NCBI GenBank assembly: GCA_965287045.1
Contig: OZ336880.1
Location: 42,904,001 to 42,968,000, forward strand
Direction: 5' to 3'
Length of the DNA stretch: 64,000 bases
DNA from: Carcharhinus amblyrhynchos
Lineage: Eukaryota
The stretch's first letter is position 1. Every line of letters starts with the position of its first letter. Positions 28,393 to 40,688 of this stretch are shown one piece after another. Under the pieces are notes generated by a model. That model was given only the letters and a program-made list of their open reading frames with translations. It was not told the origin of the DNA and did not search any database. The position numbers were made by a program, and so were the translations under genes.

Positions 28393-28753
28393 TTAAGAAA
28401 AAGTTAAAAGGTGCATTACCACACGCATCAATGCAATGGAAATTATGAAGTTATACAATTTCAGACAAATACATCCATGCTTAATTCTTGAATAAAACCT
28501 TCAATTATTTGGATAGATGTGTTAAAATAATTTACAAATGTTCACATTCAGGAGGTATGATGTAAAGCATGGTGTAACCTCTGGCGTAATGGCTGTTATA
28601 ATTAATATCAACAGTCTGATAATCCGATATGAGTCAAATTGTCATATTTTGACATGTATCCTCAAATATTTAGCTCGTGCTTGCTATTTTATTTCTCAAC
28701 CTGAAAATCAATTCGATCAAATTTAAAACGCGCCAAAAAGCCAAATATCGTAC

Positions 28754-29261
28754 CTTGGTTAAGGTGCATCTTTTTCATCCATGGGTATATCTGCATCTGT
28801 AGGGCTGGATCCTTGTCCAGTTGCTCACTTTCCGGTTTGGGGCTGTCCGTCCCCTTAGGGTGCCCATCGTTAACCGGCGAAGTGTCCTGGTCACCGCTGT
28901 ATGAGTGATTGGACTCTGTGACAGTGGCCCCCGTCTTAATAGCACTGCCTGATGGGCTTATTAAAGATGCCGAGCAGAAGGCAGGATCAGGAGACTTCAT
29001 TTTCATCCCAGATGAGCTATGAAAGGTGTTATTGGCTGTTTGCAGGTAGTTGGCAGACCTTTCACTGTCTCCACAAAGATTTGAGTTAGAGCGAGTCATG
29101 CTGAGGTCTATCCCGGTGTAATCATAGCCATACCTGGCAGACAGCATCGTCGACTCCCTAAAATGCTCGCCCACAGAAGCTGCATTTCCATAACTCTGCA
29201 ATTGATAATCGTGGCCATTTTGGTAGCGACCTGAGAAGGAGTTTAAAAAGTAGGAACTCAT
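28754..29261 (-). CDS. hoxd5: HoxD5 exon 1
   Basis: [25 protein letters not shown]...[11 protein letters not shown]...[13 protein letters not shown]; donor G|GTACGA. Spliced CDS 508+251 = 759 nt, 252 aa. Confidence 0.95.
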
Positions 29262-29319
29262 CTGCCTTTTAGGGGTTTGATTTGTGGTTCTTAGACGTTT
29301 ATTCGCCACTAGACCGCGC

Positions 29320-29466
29320 GATATATAATGAAATATGGAAATAAAAGGCACATGTCATTTCTCTGCCTTCTACGTATACAACCAAATATGGGACACAAGT
29401 TTGGATCACGTGTTTTTGTTGACCAGTCGTAAATTCTTATGCCTGACCCTGGGGGTAATTCATGCA
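29320..29466 (-). promoter_or_regulatory. HoxD5 proximal promoter block
   Basis: TTTACGAC, CACGTG, CCATATTTGG (CArG-like) and TATA-like TTATATAT in order toward the ATG, as expected for Hox5 promoters. Confidence 0.65.
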
Positions 29467-32400
29467 GTGAGAATACTTGCTGTGATTTAGCGAGCATGGT
29501 CCTATAGCTCCTCCTGCTGGCGAACATGAAGAAAGCCATGTTCACGTCAATAAAGCAAATCCAAAAGCGGCTTTAACGTTCACACGGCTTGTTAAATATT
29601 TTTCGAAACGGGTTAATTTCTAAATGGGATCACAGTTTAAGCTATGATAATTTCTAGGTTTCGATGCTGCTTTCTGTTATCTAAAATTATGAATTATGCA
29701 GCTGGCGACACGTATAGGAACTCAATCGCAAAATGTTTCCTTCTGTAAGTACATACATTCCGTTTCGTAATATCATTAAAGTGTATATTTTGTACAATAC
29801 ACGTGCAAATTAACTAGCCGAATTGGCATTTGTTGAAGAAAAGTACGAACACTTAAAAACTTCAAAAGTTTCTCCAATGCTTTTATTATGGAAACTTCTA
29901 GCACAATAATTCAACTTATTTTGTGACACGGTTAACCCCTCTTTTTAAAATTCAGTTGAGTAAAAACACCGTTCCTTCGGATTAACTGCGTATTTGACCC
30001 CTTAGTTCGATGCTGCCTGTAAATAAATACTTTGATTCTCGGCGGACTGCATCGTTGGAAATAGATAGTGCATACTCGGCGTAATTACCTCAAATAGCAG
30101 ATATCCCATTTTGACTTTTAATCAAAGATTTGGGATTTTCAGATTCCCTTTTGTGTGCGAAATGAGGCCGTGGAGACTACTTTCTTACAAAGAGAACTAA
30201 TCAGACATACGACTCATAAGGCAGCTTCTCCACATTCTTCGGGTCGCTAGGGCTCAGAATGATTGGAATGGATTGTATTCGTAGAAAACTGCGTTGAAAT
30301 TATTTATACATTCACTTTCTATCTTCACAGATGGTACATTAAAATCAGCTTTAGGATATTCCCCATTAACTTTCATGCGCACGTATGTGCTCCTTCTTTG
30401 GCGGAACCCTGTCCAATAAATTCGGAATTCCGCATAAATGTGTGCTCTCTGTTTTCAAGGTTTATTTATTAATGTCACGAGTAGGCTTACATTAACACTA
30501 CAATGAAGTTACTGTGAAAATTCCCTCATCGGTAACTTATATTTGAAAAAAATTACAAAGTAACTTTGTATTTTACTCTGTGGCTGGTTGGGTCGACGTT
30601 GCCACCAGTCCTGACAGACATACCGAGAAGCTAAGCGGGGTGTCTGACTTCTACTCTATTTTTATTTTCACCTCGCAATGAATCGTGATTTTAATACAGT
30701 TTCCTTCTGTACAATCAATATTTTGCACTGTGTTGGAGTCGTGGCAATTGTATCAACCTCTGGCGCCTGATGTACATTCAAAATATATGCTGAGCTCATT
30801 AAAAATATTTCTTTAGAAAGATAGCCTTCGGCAAATATTTGCGCATTCGGGAAAGGAATGTTACATTTGCAGTTTTGATCTCTACAGTGGTAGTTACATT
30901 TTAAACACATCGAGCCAGCTTGAGCCGGCCAGAAATGCAAGAAATTCACAGAGCAGTAAATGGATTTTTTGAAATTAAGATTTGTCTCCCCCCTCCCCGG
31001 TTTGATTAATAGGCGGCGTATGAATGCTAGACTGCGATCCAGAAAGGCATCGTTAACGAGGGATAGTGATGTCAAATATCGACTATATTAATATGGACTG
31101 AAGATCTTGCCAAAAGTTCGTCGAGGATCGCAGTAATATTTAAACAGGTGGATTGCATCTAAATATTTACATTTGTTTGTCTGTTGATTTTCATTGATGT
31201 TAAAAGAATGTTCCTTTCATCACTTTAATAAGGGTATCACTCTATACAATAGGAACCCCGGGTTACGTGGCCACACCATGCTACGCACGAATATTTCTCA
31301 TACAAAACAATATTTAATTATTACACTCTGGCAATGTTTTCTTTTACATATTTTCCTGCCGTGGAGTGCTAGGGGAATTTTTGGTGCTGGTCTTCCCGAC
31401 CTCTGTCACCAGAGGTTTTAAGAATAGGAGGATAAACTGTTACAAAATAATTCAAGTCTGAGCCGATTCCAAATAAAATCGGTTGCAGTCAAGATCTGTA
31501 TAATCAGGGCCCACGTTAGGAGCACACGAGGTATAACTACTGCCTGGAACTGTATGAACCCGGAGTAACTGGGATAGCTTCAGCCTTACAGTTTCAGTGT
31601 AGAACCGCATAGGCCTCGACTGAAAGATTTCCGATTCTAGATCCATAATGTGTTCCAACTTACAGCTGCGCTGAGTTCATCTTAAGTACAAGAAAATGTA
31701 ATATTTTAACAAGCACATTTGAGATAAAATGCCATCTTATAGGTCTGGTTTTGTTTTTGCTTTGTGTGGTGCGGTTTGTGTGGCCTCTCTTATAATTTTG
31801 ATCTCAGAACTTGGTTTCTATACTGTCCAAGTGACTCTGTCCGATGCTCGTAAATCTAACATGACAGTCGGTGGAAGAAATATTGTCTTTGTCCTGTATT
31901 AACAAATCAGGCCGCTCTTACTGAACGTTCGATCGGATACTGTAGTTTCTAGAGCTGACTTTGGCGATTTAAAAATATAAGCATTTTTCCGGGCCACTGC
32001 GCATTTATATCCTTGAAATTTTTGCGATAGGATGGCTAGGATTTAAATATTTCACTCTTACTCGGGGACAGATCGTGGATTATATTCGCACTGTGAAATG
32101 AAGAAATCGGTGCGTGCATCACATACCAATCATTTTTCTGTGTGTTTTCACTTTACAGCGCGTTCTGCCTTGTAATAAATACTTGAGAAGACTATGGTCT
32201 GGAATTTCGTTTGTTTGATAACCCTGCGAAGAGCGAACTGTTTCTGGGATTCCAACGGATTATTCCCGTTAAAATCTAGATTAAATCTTTGGTGGAGTTT
32301 TTGTATGAGGATTTGTTTATATTTATAAATTGATGTTATAAAGATTAGCAAAAAGTGCATTTCTTAAGCACTGAACGTTGGCGGTGCTCTGTTACATTCT

Positions 32401-32584
32401 GTAATGTATGTTCAGTTGAAAAGTTGTTTTCATTAAATAAATAATATTATATTTTCATATTATTCTATTGAAATTGGAAATTATATTTGAGCATTATCGG
32501 TGTAGAAGATACACTGTGAGCAAAATCGTCCATGTTACATGTTCTAAATAGACCGCTAGATACTGACTGTAAATCAATTTATTC

Positions 32585-33472
32585 ACAAACATATAGGCAC
32601 ACATACATATATACACACGTGCATATTTACACATACAGATGCATATACACATAAGGACACATATATACATACAGAGAAACGCACGTGCATACTTGCACAT
32701 ATAGGCGCACATACACACATAATTTCACATACAGACACACATACAGACACTCACGCATATATTTACACATATAGGTATACATACACATACATACAGATAC
32801 ATACACACAATTTCACATACAGGCACACATACTGATACAGATAAACACGCATATATTTACACATATAGGCACACATACACATACGTACAGACTCATACAT
32901 ACAATTTCACATTCAGGCACACATACATAGACACACACACATATACACATACTTACATATACAGACCCATCTACAGGCACACATACACATACCGACAGAC
33001 ATAGACAGCCACATAAGCACTCTCACAGCAGACACATATATGCAACAGACACATATATAAACACACACATATGCATACATTCACACACATGCAGACATCC
33101 TGACATATATATACATACAGGCAAACATGTAAGCAGATATATACACACATATACATGCAGCCAAACATGCATATAAATACACACATAGAGACACAAATAT
33201 ACATACAGATAAACACCAATGCACACATGCATAAAACACACATATATATACAGGCACACATGCATACAGACACACATACAACACACATGCTTATACAAAA
33301 ACACACACAAGAACATACATACATGCAATCAAACATACACACACATAAATGCACAAATATGCAAACACACATAAACATACACGTATACAGCCACGCATAG
33401 ACATACACACATAAACATACAGAAACACAAACATATACATGTACACAGACATGAACGTACACATATACACAT
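32585..33472. repeat. About 0.9 kb degenerate (CA/TA)n tract with a short internal higher-order repeat
   Basis: Continuous ACAC/ATAC/ATAT sequence; landmark AATTTCACAT recurs at 32721, 32809 and 32903. Confidence 0.92.
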
Positions 33473-35581
33473 AGTGGTGTTCTTGCTGAATATTTTAGCA
33501 CCTTTAGCAAAATTATTGGCTACGTGATATTGAAGAGCATGTATTAAATAATTAGATCTTAGAAGTTGTAACTGTCACTTAAGTGGTAAACACGCCCATC
33601 TAATTTATTTATAACAATGCTTTCTGTTCATTTTTTGTATGATTATATTAAATGATGTATTGTCAAGAAAAAAAAATGAAAATCACAAATCGGTCTTTGC
33701 AAGTATTTTGAAAATTTCAGAATATAGGAATCGCATTAGCCCAGGTATGCAGTTTGAGTTTATTGAAAATTAAACCTAATCAGATAGTCATTTTGATTAG
33801 TAAATCCTGCATAAGAACCGTTGTCTTCGCCATGAACACACAGAAATGAACATGGGCAATGCTTTGAGAATTATACGAAAACATACTATAAACACAATCG
33901 CTATCAATTGTTGCGTGAGAATTGGGGTAAAAGTTAAACTGTTTTCTCAGTAGGACAACCGACACCAGCTTTCCCAACCTAATATACTTCGGGTATGAAT
34001 ACATTTCTGTTTGTAGATCTGGTCTAAAAAGTACACAAGTAATATCGGAACAGTTACAATGTTATAAATAATAACATGATAGAATTGCAAATGTTACGAT
34101 ATCTCTATACATTGATTTAATTCTCGTAACACTTTACAATCTAATTTTAAGCAGTCCCTGTGTCACTTCGACAAAATGCCAGTTAGTCTATGCGATGACT
34201 GCAAGCAAACACAGATCAGCCATTTTAAAACATTTCTTTCATTTGCAAATGAATTTCAGATGCTAAAAATGAATCAACATCATCATAACCATATGCCTCA
34301 CAGATGATCAAACGAATGCATTGCCATTTTTACTTATTACCAATAAAAAAATCTAGATACTGGAAGATCGAATTCACAGCCATGTGACAGATACGACAAT
34401 TTCAAATGGATGCAATTCCAAGCTCCCTTATCTCACTCTGATGCTGAGTTACAAAAATCCTAAACAACTCTCTTGGAATATTTCATCACCGGAAATGCAT
34501 ACAAACAAATATCTTGAAAAAAATATGATAACAATAAACAATTATTGATGAATTAATTTCTTGCTAACAAGCGATCATTCCTGCAGCAATTTGTGACAGC
34601 TAAATAGGAACAAGGAGAGCCGGTGTTTTTCCAGCGACCGTTACGCTTTGCATCGTGAGAGCACTTACGACGTAATTGTTTCTACAGAATTAAAAACACT
34701 CCAAGTTTGCAGAGCTTAGTATTTATATATAGATATATAATATGTAATCCAATTTGGGCACAACTTACTGCAGTAAATAAATCATCAGATGGGTGGGCTG
34801 ATATTATTTGAAACTTTTGCATTAAAAGGAAGTTAAAAGAGCAACTGAATCATGACTAGTACATTGAAACCACAGTGTGATATTGACTGCAGGGTCATTA
34901 TTGTAAGAGTACCACTCATTTGCGCAAAGTTCTGTCACGTGGTGGTCATCATTACAATGTTGGCCAAACATTACTCCTAAATTCGGATCGTTTCTGTGAT
35001 TACTGTACGGGATTATTCGGATCATTAACACAAGGTGCATCATTCATCCCTACAATCAATCCTCAGCGTAAAAGAGCCCAACTAGTGCCCTAGTCCGTAA
35101 GATACTAAATGCGGAAAAACACACATTGGCAAAAGAGGAACCCAGACGCCAATCGCCAGCAATTGATCGGATATCGCTCCCGCAAAATAGCAACAACAAT
35201 TCCTATGTAATAACAATAATCATTATCCCATGAGTATACTATGCAATCTGATTAATCTCCGCCCTGGATCATATGAGCAAATGTCAGCTGCTTTGTGGCG
35301 AAGCTTTCATATCAAAGGTAGACGCGAATCGCAATTCCCCGTCCTAGCGCGGAATATAAATATTTAATTCACCTGCGTTACAGCCAGCCTTTGAATTGAA
35401 ATGACCTCCCGGACCCGGTTCCAATATAACGTTTACAAATCTGTCTTGTTCATACATGTCGAACGCTCTTCGACCTCCCAAACAGTTGCCTGCAACTCGA
35501 CCAACGAAACAAACGCCCTTCCCTCCTCTGTACAGCAGTGTTATCTGCAACAGCAGAGCGTAAGCAAAACACAGCACTTAC

Positions 35582-36052
35582 CCGGCTCAGGGCGCTTCCC
35601 CAGAATAGTAACCAGCTGAATGTTGTATTCCATTTCTACTTTTTCGATCAATAAAGGGACTTAAAATAAAGGAGTGAAGCGAAAACTGAAGGGTAAATGA
35701 AAGACTGTAAACAGACGTCAGAGGTCTGTGAGAATGATCAGGTTGCTAAATCCCAGCATGGGCCGAATGACTTCCTCATAGTTTTACAGGAAAAGGCTGA
35801 AATGTGCGAATACAGCGCAAAGTGTCCTTTTTTGCTAGCAGCTAGCGTCAAATACCAACGACAAAAGCAGGCAAGGGGAGATACTGACAGAAAAGACGAT
35901 TTGAGACGAGTTAGCTGCGGAATGCAGTGAAATATTCACAAGGGAAATCATGAAAAGGCCATGAACGCTGTTACTAGATTCACATGACCAGTGGCAGCCA
36001 ATAGGAAAAGAGTCTCCGTCGTAAAAGGTCCATTACAAAGTTGTAAATTTTC
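35582..36052 (-). promoter_or_regulatory. Orphan Hox-type promoter plus candidate non-coding exon in the D8-D5 gap
   Basis: Minus strand AAATTTACAAC..GTAATGG..TTTTACGAC..CCTATTGGCTGCCACTGGTCATGTG (36052-35981), then a consensus donor CGG|GTAAGT (35576-35581); no Hox ORF between them. Confidence 0.6.
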
Positions 36053-38517
36053 TTCAAACAAAAAGGAATTCGCAGCAATTCCTTGCGGATTTCACAAGTA
36101 CAGCTCGCAAGCGCCATGTTTCCTTTAACGAGTTCTTTGCTGCAGCTATTTGTTATCGTGTGTATTGTAACGAACGCCTTAACTAACTATATAAACGGAA
36201 ATGCCGCGACAACATAAGGAGAAACCTCTCCCAATGCAGTAGTTATTCCGCAGTCCAGCAATCAAATCACTGCCATTTGTGTGTGCATCTAGACGTTTGT
36301 TAGTTCATGGTTCGAATAAGTCAAAGGAGAGACATTCGAATTTTGGGGGGAAAAAGGCAAGGTCAACAAATGATTAAATGTGGGCTGATCACAATCTCCA
36401 ATGCCGCCAGTTATGCAGCAGAAATCCACTTATTTTTCTTATTGCCCTGATTTTCACAGCCCATTCGATATGGCCAAGTGAAGAGTAGGAAATAAACCAA
36501 GCAGAAGCGTGTTTGTCCATTAAGTATAGCAAAACTACGGCGACTTCCTTCCTTCAAATGGCGATCAATAATAAAAGCATTTACTAATTTATTCTAAATG
36601 TTATATGGTATATCCTGCACAGGTCAGAGATAGAAGATTAAATATCGGTGTGTATATATAGGCAACTATTATATGTTGCACTTCCATTCCAATCACAGGA
36701 AGCATTGTATTATATTCTTTGTGTATCCATTGTGAGTAGAAAGTGGATCTGTATCAAATACAAGAACACATGCCACTGGTCACCAAGGCTTGCCTTAACC
36801 GGATAAAATAACTCCGGCGCTGGGTTTACGCATCTAAACCATTTAAATCAGTCGGCTTTGTAATTTCTCCCTTTAGTGGCGGTGAGCGGACTTGGCACCT
36901 AATGCTCCGCCGTGTCCAATTCACGGCGACTCCATTCATTGAGAGACGGAAAAAGATGATGGTTAAAATGTATATTTTCCCCTTAACCATATGCTTTTCG
37001 CTGGTTTAACTCGAGTGAAAGGTTATCTATCACTCGGTTACCTCTGGTTTGATGCTTTGATCTGATCTTACGAGGGATAAAAATCAAAAACAGCGTAACC
37101 AGATACGTGCCGGTAACTCATTTTTAATTTATGATAAGAATAAAACTAGTACAGGAGCAGCCTCCAATTGAAGGCATTCTGAATAGAACGTTCGGCCGTG
37201 GAAGTTACTCTCAGTGTGAAAGGAGAAAGACTCGGTCTGGGGTGGATGCTGTTGGAGAGTCAGTGGTGGAAGAATTTTTGCAGAGGTTTAAAAAAAACCC
37301 AAATGAAGGTTCTTGAAGAACCACATTGAACATTTTGCAATGATTCAGGGGAGAGTTTTTAATGCATGTTTGGCTTTTTTGATCTCCATTCTTTATTAAA
37401 AATCTGTGGAAGCAACGCTGATCTCAAAATACGAATTCCATTCAATGCTTCGCCGTTCAGTGCATCATCTTTCAGAGAAAACAGGCGATTCCTAACATTT
37501 GATAAGGTTATCAATACGGCCTAGATCTATCCTGAATGTGCGGTCATTTTGGTGGCCGCTATCCCGGTGAAGACCCGCATTTGACCGTCCGATTTGCAAA
37601 TGGGAGCCGATACAAAATTAACCTTTTTTTAAAAAATGAGGAACATTTTGCTAACAGAGTGAATGAAACTTTAAATCTGCATGTTTTCTAAAAACGGAAC
37701 GCAGTGCAAAAATATTGGGGGGGGGGGTGAAATCATCTGGTTGTAAAACAAGAGAGACTTATGAACACTTCATTTGGGACAGAGAATTCCCTTCAGATAC
37801 GAGAAGGCAATTTCAAGAATAAACATTTTTTCCGAGTTGATTTATTCTGTAAAATTATTTATCTGTTTCGATCAGGCGCAGATTGTAATAGCCAATGTAG
37901 TTTGCAAAATATATTTTGCCTTAAAGTCGTACGCTGAGCTTAGAATATGTGAAATTGACAACATAGATTTGTTTAAACAAAAGTGGAATTTCAGAACTGC
38001 TGCCCGCCTTGAACGAGCTAATTGCTGTTTCATATTCTCGGACTACCTGATAAAATGAGGATGTTGTCTTTTAGTTATCTAACATATAATTCAATTCGAT
38101 TGCAAGCCCGAAGCTGTATGGTGCAGCAGAGATGGTTGAAGTTATGGATTCTGGAACCCACTGGTTAAATGTTATCTTCTGCAAATAAACGCGCGATTTC
38201 AATTGTTTATTTAATATTTATATAATGTTTGCTTCGTTTTTCTCTCCCGCTTTTGATTGTTTCCTGTCTGTTCTTATCAATACTTTTCCTTAATTTAGGC
38301 TTATCATGCGCAAAAAGGAAGAGACTGGAAATTTTCAATTCCTACGGCTGCGGTTTGCAGGCAGCACCCCCGCGCTGATTCTATTAGAGTTTCGACTTGG
38401 CCTAATCGCCGATTAAGGTAAATGTAATGGGAAGCCGGAAGATTCTTCGACAGCTGAAGATTTTGCTTTCGCTCCCAGCTTTTACGGCAGGGAGGAATAA
38501 AATGGAGGCCAGAAATC

Positions 38518-38680
38518 CGCAGTTTGTCCAGTGATTTGTAGTATTAGAATTTTATTGTCGGTTTTACGAGATTTGCTGATATACGTGTACAGTAGACCGC
38601 AGTTAAACACCAAACACTAACTTTTACAGCGTCGGTTTAGCCACACATGAGCCAGGCATGTGATCTGATCAGCCAATGGT
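38518..38680 (-). pseudogene. Candidate HoxD7 relic: paralogue-7-like promoter and 5'UTR without start codon or CDS
   Basis: Minus strand CCATTGGCTGATCAGATCACATG...GTTTGGTGT...TATATCA...CTCGTAAAACCGACAATAAAA...TACAAATCACTGGACAAACT-GCG. Matches my recollection of HOXA7/HOXB7 leaders (CTCGTAAAACCGACAC...ACAAATCAC...CAAAATT-ATG) and sits at the PG7 position. Confidence 0.7.
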
Positions 38681-39314
38681 CATTCGGAAGACTTTTAACT
38701 TGAGGCACAGATAAACTAATATTCTAATCATCGGCTATATCATTAACTTTTATAACTACATATAAAGAATTACGCCATCTTCAGGCTTTTGCACCCAAGT
38801 AACAGAGCGGCGGTGCGGTATGGGGAGACAAGCACCTTGTGGCCACGGAGCTAAACAAACACAAATACACGACATCTGATTTCACTGCGAGGAATACAAC
38901 CTCCAAACAGTCACAGAAAGCTGGCGAGGTAGTGACCCAGTCACTCCGGCTAACTTTCTCAATCCGAGCACAATGAGTTTCTACTCCTGTTGGATCTACT
39001 TTTGGAGATATTCGTCGTTAAATGAAACAAGTAGACAATTAAATTTAATCAACATTTATTAATTTAATCACATTCGACCATCATAAAAAGTGACTATTGC
39101 CGCGGAATACCTTGCAATTCATTTTTATTTTTATTTTTTTGCTTGTGTTTATAATATGCGTATCGGAGATAGGTAATGGTTGAGAATTTCCAGCCGCAAT
39201 ACACCACCAATTATTTCACACGCACAGTAATTAAGACACATCGTAAGTGCACGGTTCTTTTTCTCTATCATTAATTAAGTGTGTTCGCAATACATTCCAA
39301 ATTATCCAATCTAT

Positions 39315-39335
39315 TAGGCAGTTCATGTTGTTGGG
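39315..39335 (-). promoter_or_regulatory. miR-196 target site in the HoxD8 3'UTR
   Basis: mRNA CCCAACAACAUGAACUGCCUA versus miR-196a UAGGUAGUUUCAUGUUGUUGGG: full-length pairing apart from one G:U wobble and one bulged miRNA U. Confidence 0.9.
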
Positions 39336-39735
39336 TATAATCACAAAAAATGCGAAATAAAATCAGCAAACTAAATCAATCACCATATCATTTCATATTT
39401 TCGTCTTATTAAAAAGCAATAAAATCTTTATTCCAAATGGCTATTTCTTTTGAGTTTTTTCGCCGCTTTCCACTTTTAAAGGGAGCGGCAATAGGAGGGC
39501 TGATCTGTCAAGGTGTGATGGGTGGGGAGGGGGGAATGTTAAAATTATGCACACAGGATTCATTAGAAATAATGTCGAATTAAGGCTCTAAAGAACTTCG
39601 ATAACAATAAACAGGTGGATTGTTTACATCGAGCCAACCATGGCTGTGTTGTAGGATTCAATCCCCTCAACACATTTAACAGTGGAATTAGCGCAAACTG
39701 AATGACGTTTCGCTTGGAGGCCAAAGGGGGTAAAG

Positions 39736-40031
39736 TTACTTGGTCTGTTTTTCTGTTGTCTCCTGCTCGGGGTCTTCCTGTTCTTTCTTCACCTCTTCCT
39801 CCTCCTCGTCGTTCCGGGAGGTGGGAAATTTGTCCTTATTGTTTTCCTTTTTCCACTTCATCCTTCTGTTCTGAAACCAAATCTTCACCTGCCTCTCAGT
39901 CAGTCCTAGGGCATGTGAAACCTCGATCCTTCGCTTCCGAGTCAGATACGGATTGAAGAGGAATTCCTTTTCCAACTCCAGGGTTTGGAAACGGCTGTAA
40001 GTTTGTCTCCCTCTGCGTCTCCCGGGCGCTG
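39736..40031 (-). CDS. hoxd8: HoxD8 exon 2 (homeodomain)
   Basis: Acceptor ctttag|CA; [69 protein letters not shown]..., TAA at 39736-39738. Confidence 0.97.
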
Positions 40032-40261
40032 CTAAAGAACACGAGAATCACAGAAAGACAATCAGTACGGGGGGAATCAAATGCACACAACCAAAGAGCG
40101 ACACACATAGGAACAAATCTTTGCTTTGAACGGCCATGCCATACAAAGAAAGTGCTCCTATAAAAGCCGACAAGACTATTATAGACCGCATTAAAACACC
40201 TTGGCGATTTAACTGAGCAGCAGTAAAACGTGAGATGGAAGCTACTTCTAATATATCCAAC

Positions 40262-40688
40262 CTTGAGGTCTCATCCAGGGAAACATTTGAGTAGGAGACG
40301 AGTTCTGATTTAAGTGTTCTGGTTCTTCGCCAATATTACTGCTGGACGATTTACAGTCAGGATATTGTACCAGATCGGCCTCTTGCTGTGTCGTAAAAAT
40401 TTGCTGTCTTTGTAAGTTATCGTATCCGTAAAATTTAGAGGGGTCACCGTGACACGTAATTCCACAAGGATTCTGCTGAAAGCCAGCGTTAGGAAGTGCA
40501 GATGTCCCATGGTGGTAAAAATCTTGAACTTGAGCTGGGTGCTGGAAGCCTGCGCCGGTGCTGGGACCATAGACGACAGTGTGTCTACTGGTCACGTCCT
40601 GTGGAAACCGGCAGTCGTAGTAAGTGGGACTGAGAGCTTCTCCGGGCTTGTACTTGGAGTAGAATGGATTCACAAAATATGAACTCAT
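40262..40688 (-). CDS. hoxd8: HoxD8 exon 1
   Basis: [17 protein letters not shown]...[16 protein letters not shown]...[10 protein letters not shown]; donor G|GTTGGA. Spliced CDS 427+296 = 723 nt, 240 aa. Confidence 0.96.

Noticed and set aside
29262-29545. N-terminal extension and upstream ORF for HoxD5 from the ORF track; likewise the TTG/GTG starts for D8, D9 and D3
   Set aside because: Bacterial-style non-ATG starts. The upstream ATGs lie 5' of the TATA-like box at about 29321-29329 and so are probably not in the proximal transcript.
32494-33510. Long C/V/Y/M-rich and H/T/I-rich ORFs (up to 179 aa)
   Set aside because: Translations of a CA/TA microsatellite that lacks stop codons; the same applies to 14166-14404.
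29600-35500. Search for a HoxD6 coding remnant
   Set aside because: No MSSYF, YPWM or homeobox-like sequence found by eye; a sensitive alignment could still detect one.
37093-37119. Minus-strand ELPARIWLR, loosely like homeobox ERQIKIWFQ, as a possible HoxD7 exon-2 remnant
   Set aside because: Only three identities and no similarity in the flanks; not distinguishable from chance.
37525-37546. ATCTATCCTGAATGTGCGGTCA, resembling an IYPWMRS hexapeptide sequence
   Set aside because: On the plus strand, opposite to cluster orientation, and needs indels.
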